Below are positions 36,494 to 36,935 of a stretch of 36,935 nt of DNA, one piece after another. The translations under genes were made by a program, and so were the position numbers. The notes beneath the pieces were generated by a model that was not told the origin of the DNA, did no database searches, and saw nothing but the letters and a program-made list of their open reading frames with translations. The DNA lies in the IMG/VR virus record IMGVR_UViG_3300020463_000051, positions 1 through 36,935 of that record; one strand, 5' to 3'. Position 1 is the first letter of the stretch. Each line of letters opens with the position of its first letter. The DNA is from a virus. Taxonomy: Duplodnaviria; Caudoviricetes.

Positions 36494-36649
36494 TTAATCA
36501 TAGAATGCCTCCATGTCCTTTGAGTATATCTTCTGTCTATTAGATAACATGTCTAATAGACCACTTTCTTCTAATTCTTCAATTTCTGCCAGTTTTTTCT
36601 TTTTTTGAGAAAAACTGCCATTCTTGCGAGAAGTGTAAGATTTTGCCAT
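36494..36649 (-). CDS. Hypothetical protein (51 aa, basic N-half and acidic C-half)
   Basis: Read directly: MAKSYTSRKNGSFSQKKKKLAEIEELEESGLLDMLSNRQKIYSKDMEAFYD*. Confidence 0.7.
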   Translation of the reverse strand: MAKSYTSRKNGSFSQKKKKLAEIEELEESGLLDMLSNRQKIYSKDMEAFYD

Positions 36650-36677
36650 TAGTTGTGCCTTTCGATACAAGTGTACG

Positions 36678-36929
36678 TTAAATCGTTAATTGAATCAAGT
36701 CCCCATTTTTGAGGGAATCATTATAAAATCGTCCAAGTGATATACTTTCAGGGTTCTTAACAAAACCTTCGAGTTTGTCTAGAAGTGTACGGTTTGCAGG
36801 TTTCCAAGTATACTCGTAGGTTTTTTCATTTCCTGAAAAATTAATGAAAACCTTGGAACCCTGCACGTTTATTTGATCTATAGCAGAACTGAGAGTTCCT
36901 ATGTCAAATGAATGTTTCTTTGCGGGCAT
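36678..36929 (-). CDS. KTSC-like small protein (83 aa)
   Basis: SSAI..I......V.INF.....YEY ... SLGRFYN matches the KTSC-domain pattern. Confidence 0.6.
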   Translation of the reverse strand: MPAKKHSFDIGTLSSAIDQINVQGSKVFINFSGNEKTYEYTWKPANRTLLDKLEGFVKNPESISLGRFYNDSLKNGDLIQLTI

Positions 36930-36935
36930 AATAGT

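Overview
This is an AT-rich fragment of a large T4-like marine cyanophage genome (myovirus, Kyanoviridae-like, judged from gene content and order). Positions 1-31085 are a minus-strand late/structural block. In transcription order it holds an Sfp-type phosphopantetheinyl transferase, several small ORFs, a PAAR spike tip, baseplate wedge gp25, gp6, a giant gp7 (4059 aa), gp8, a VrlC/DUF4815-type protein (2230 aa), small virion proteins and two fibre-like proteins, the last running off the left edge. T4 late-promoter boxes (TATAAATA and variants) lie upstream of several of these genes. Positions ~31086-36935 are a divergently transcribed array of small, often translationally coupled early-type ORFs, driven by about 10 repeated TATAAT promoter cassettes of two architectures. 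Four observations stand out. (1) gp7 carries three phycobiliprotein-beta-subunit-like helical domains that keep cysteines at both bilin-attachment positions. (2) A phage PPTase sits near a small ORF with an ACP-like GDSLD motif. (3) Some early promoters have HLR1/RpaB-like or NtcA-like boxes fixed at -66. (4) One complete promoter cassette is followed by no ORF and may drive an sRNA. All family assignments were made by eye from motifs; no database searches were run.
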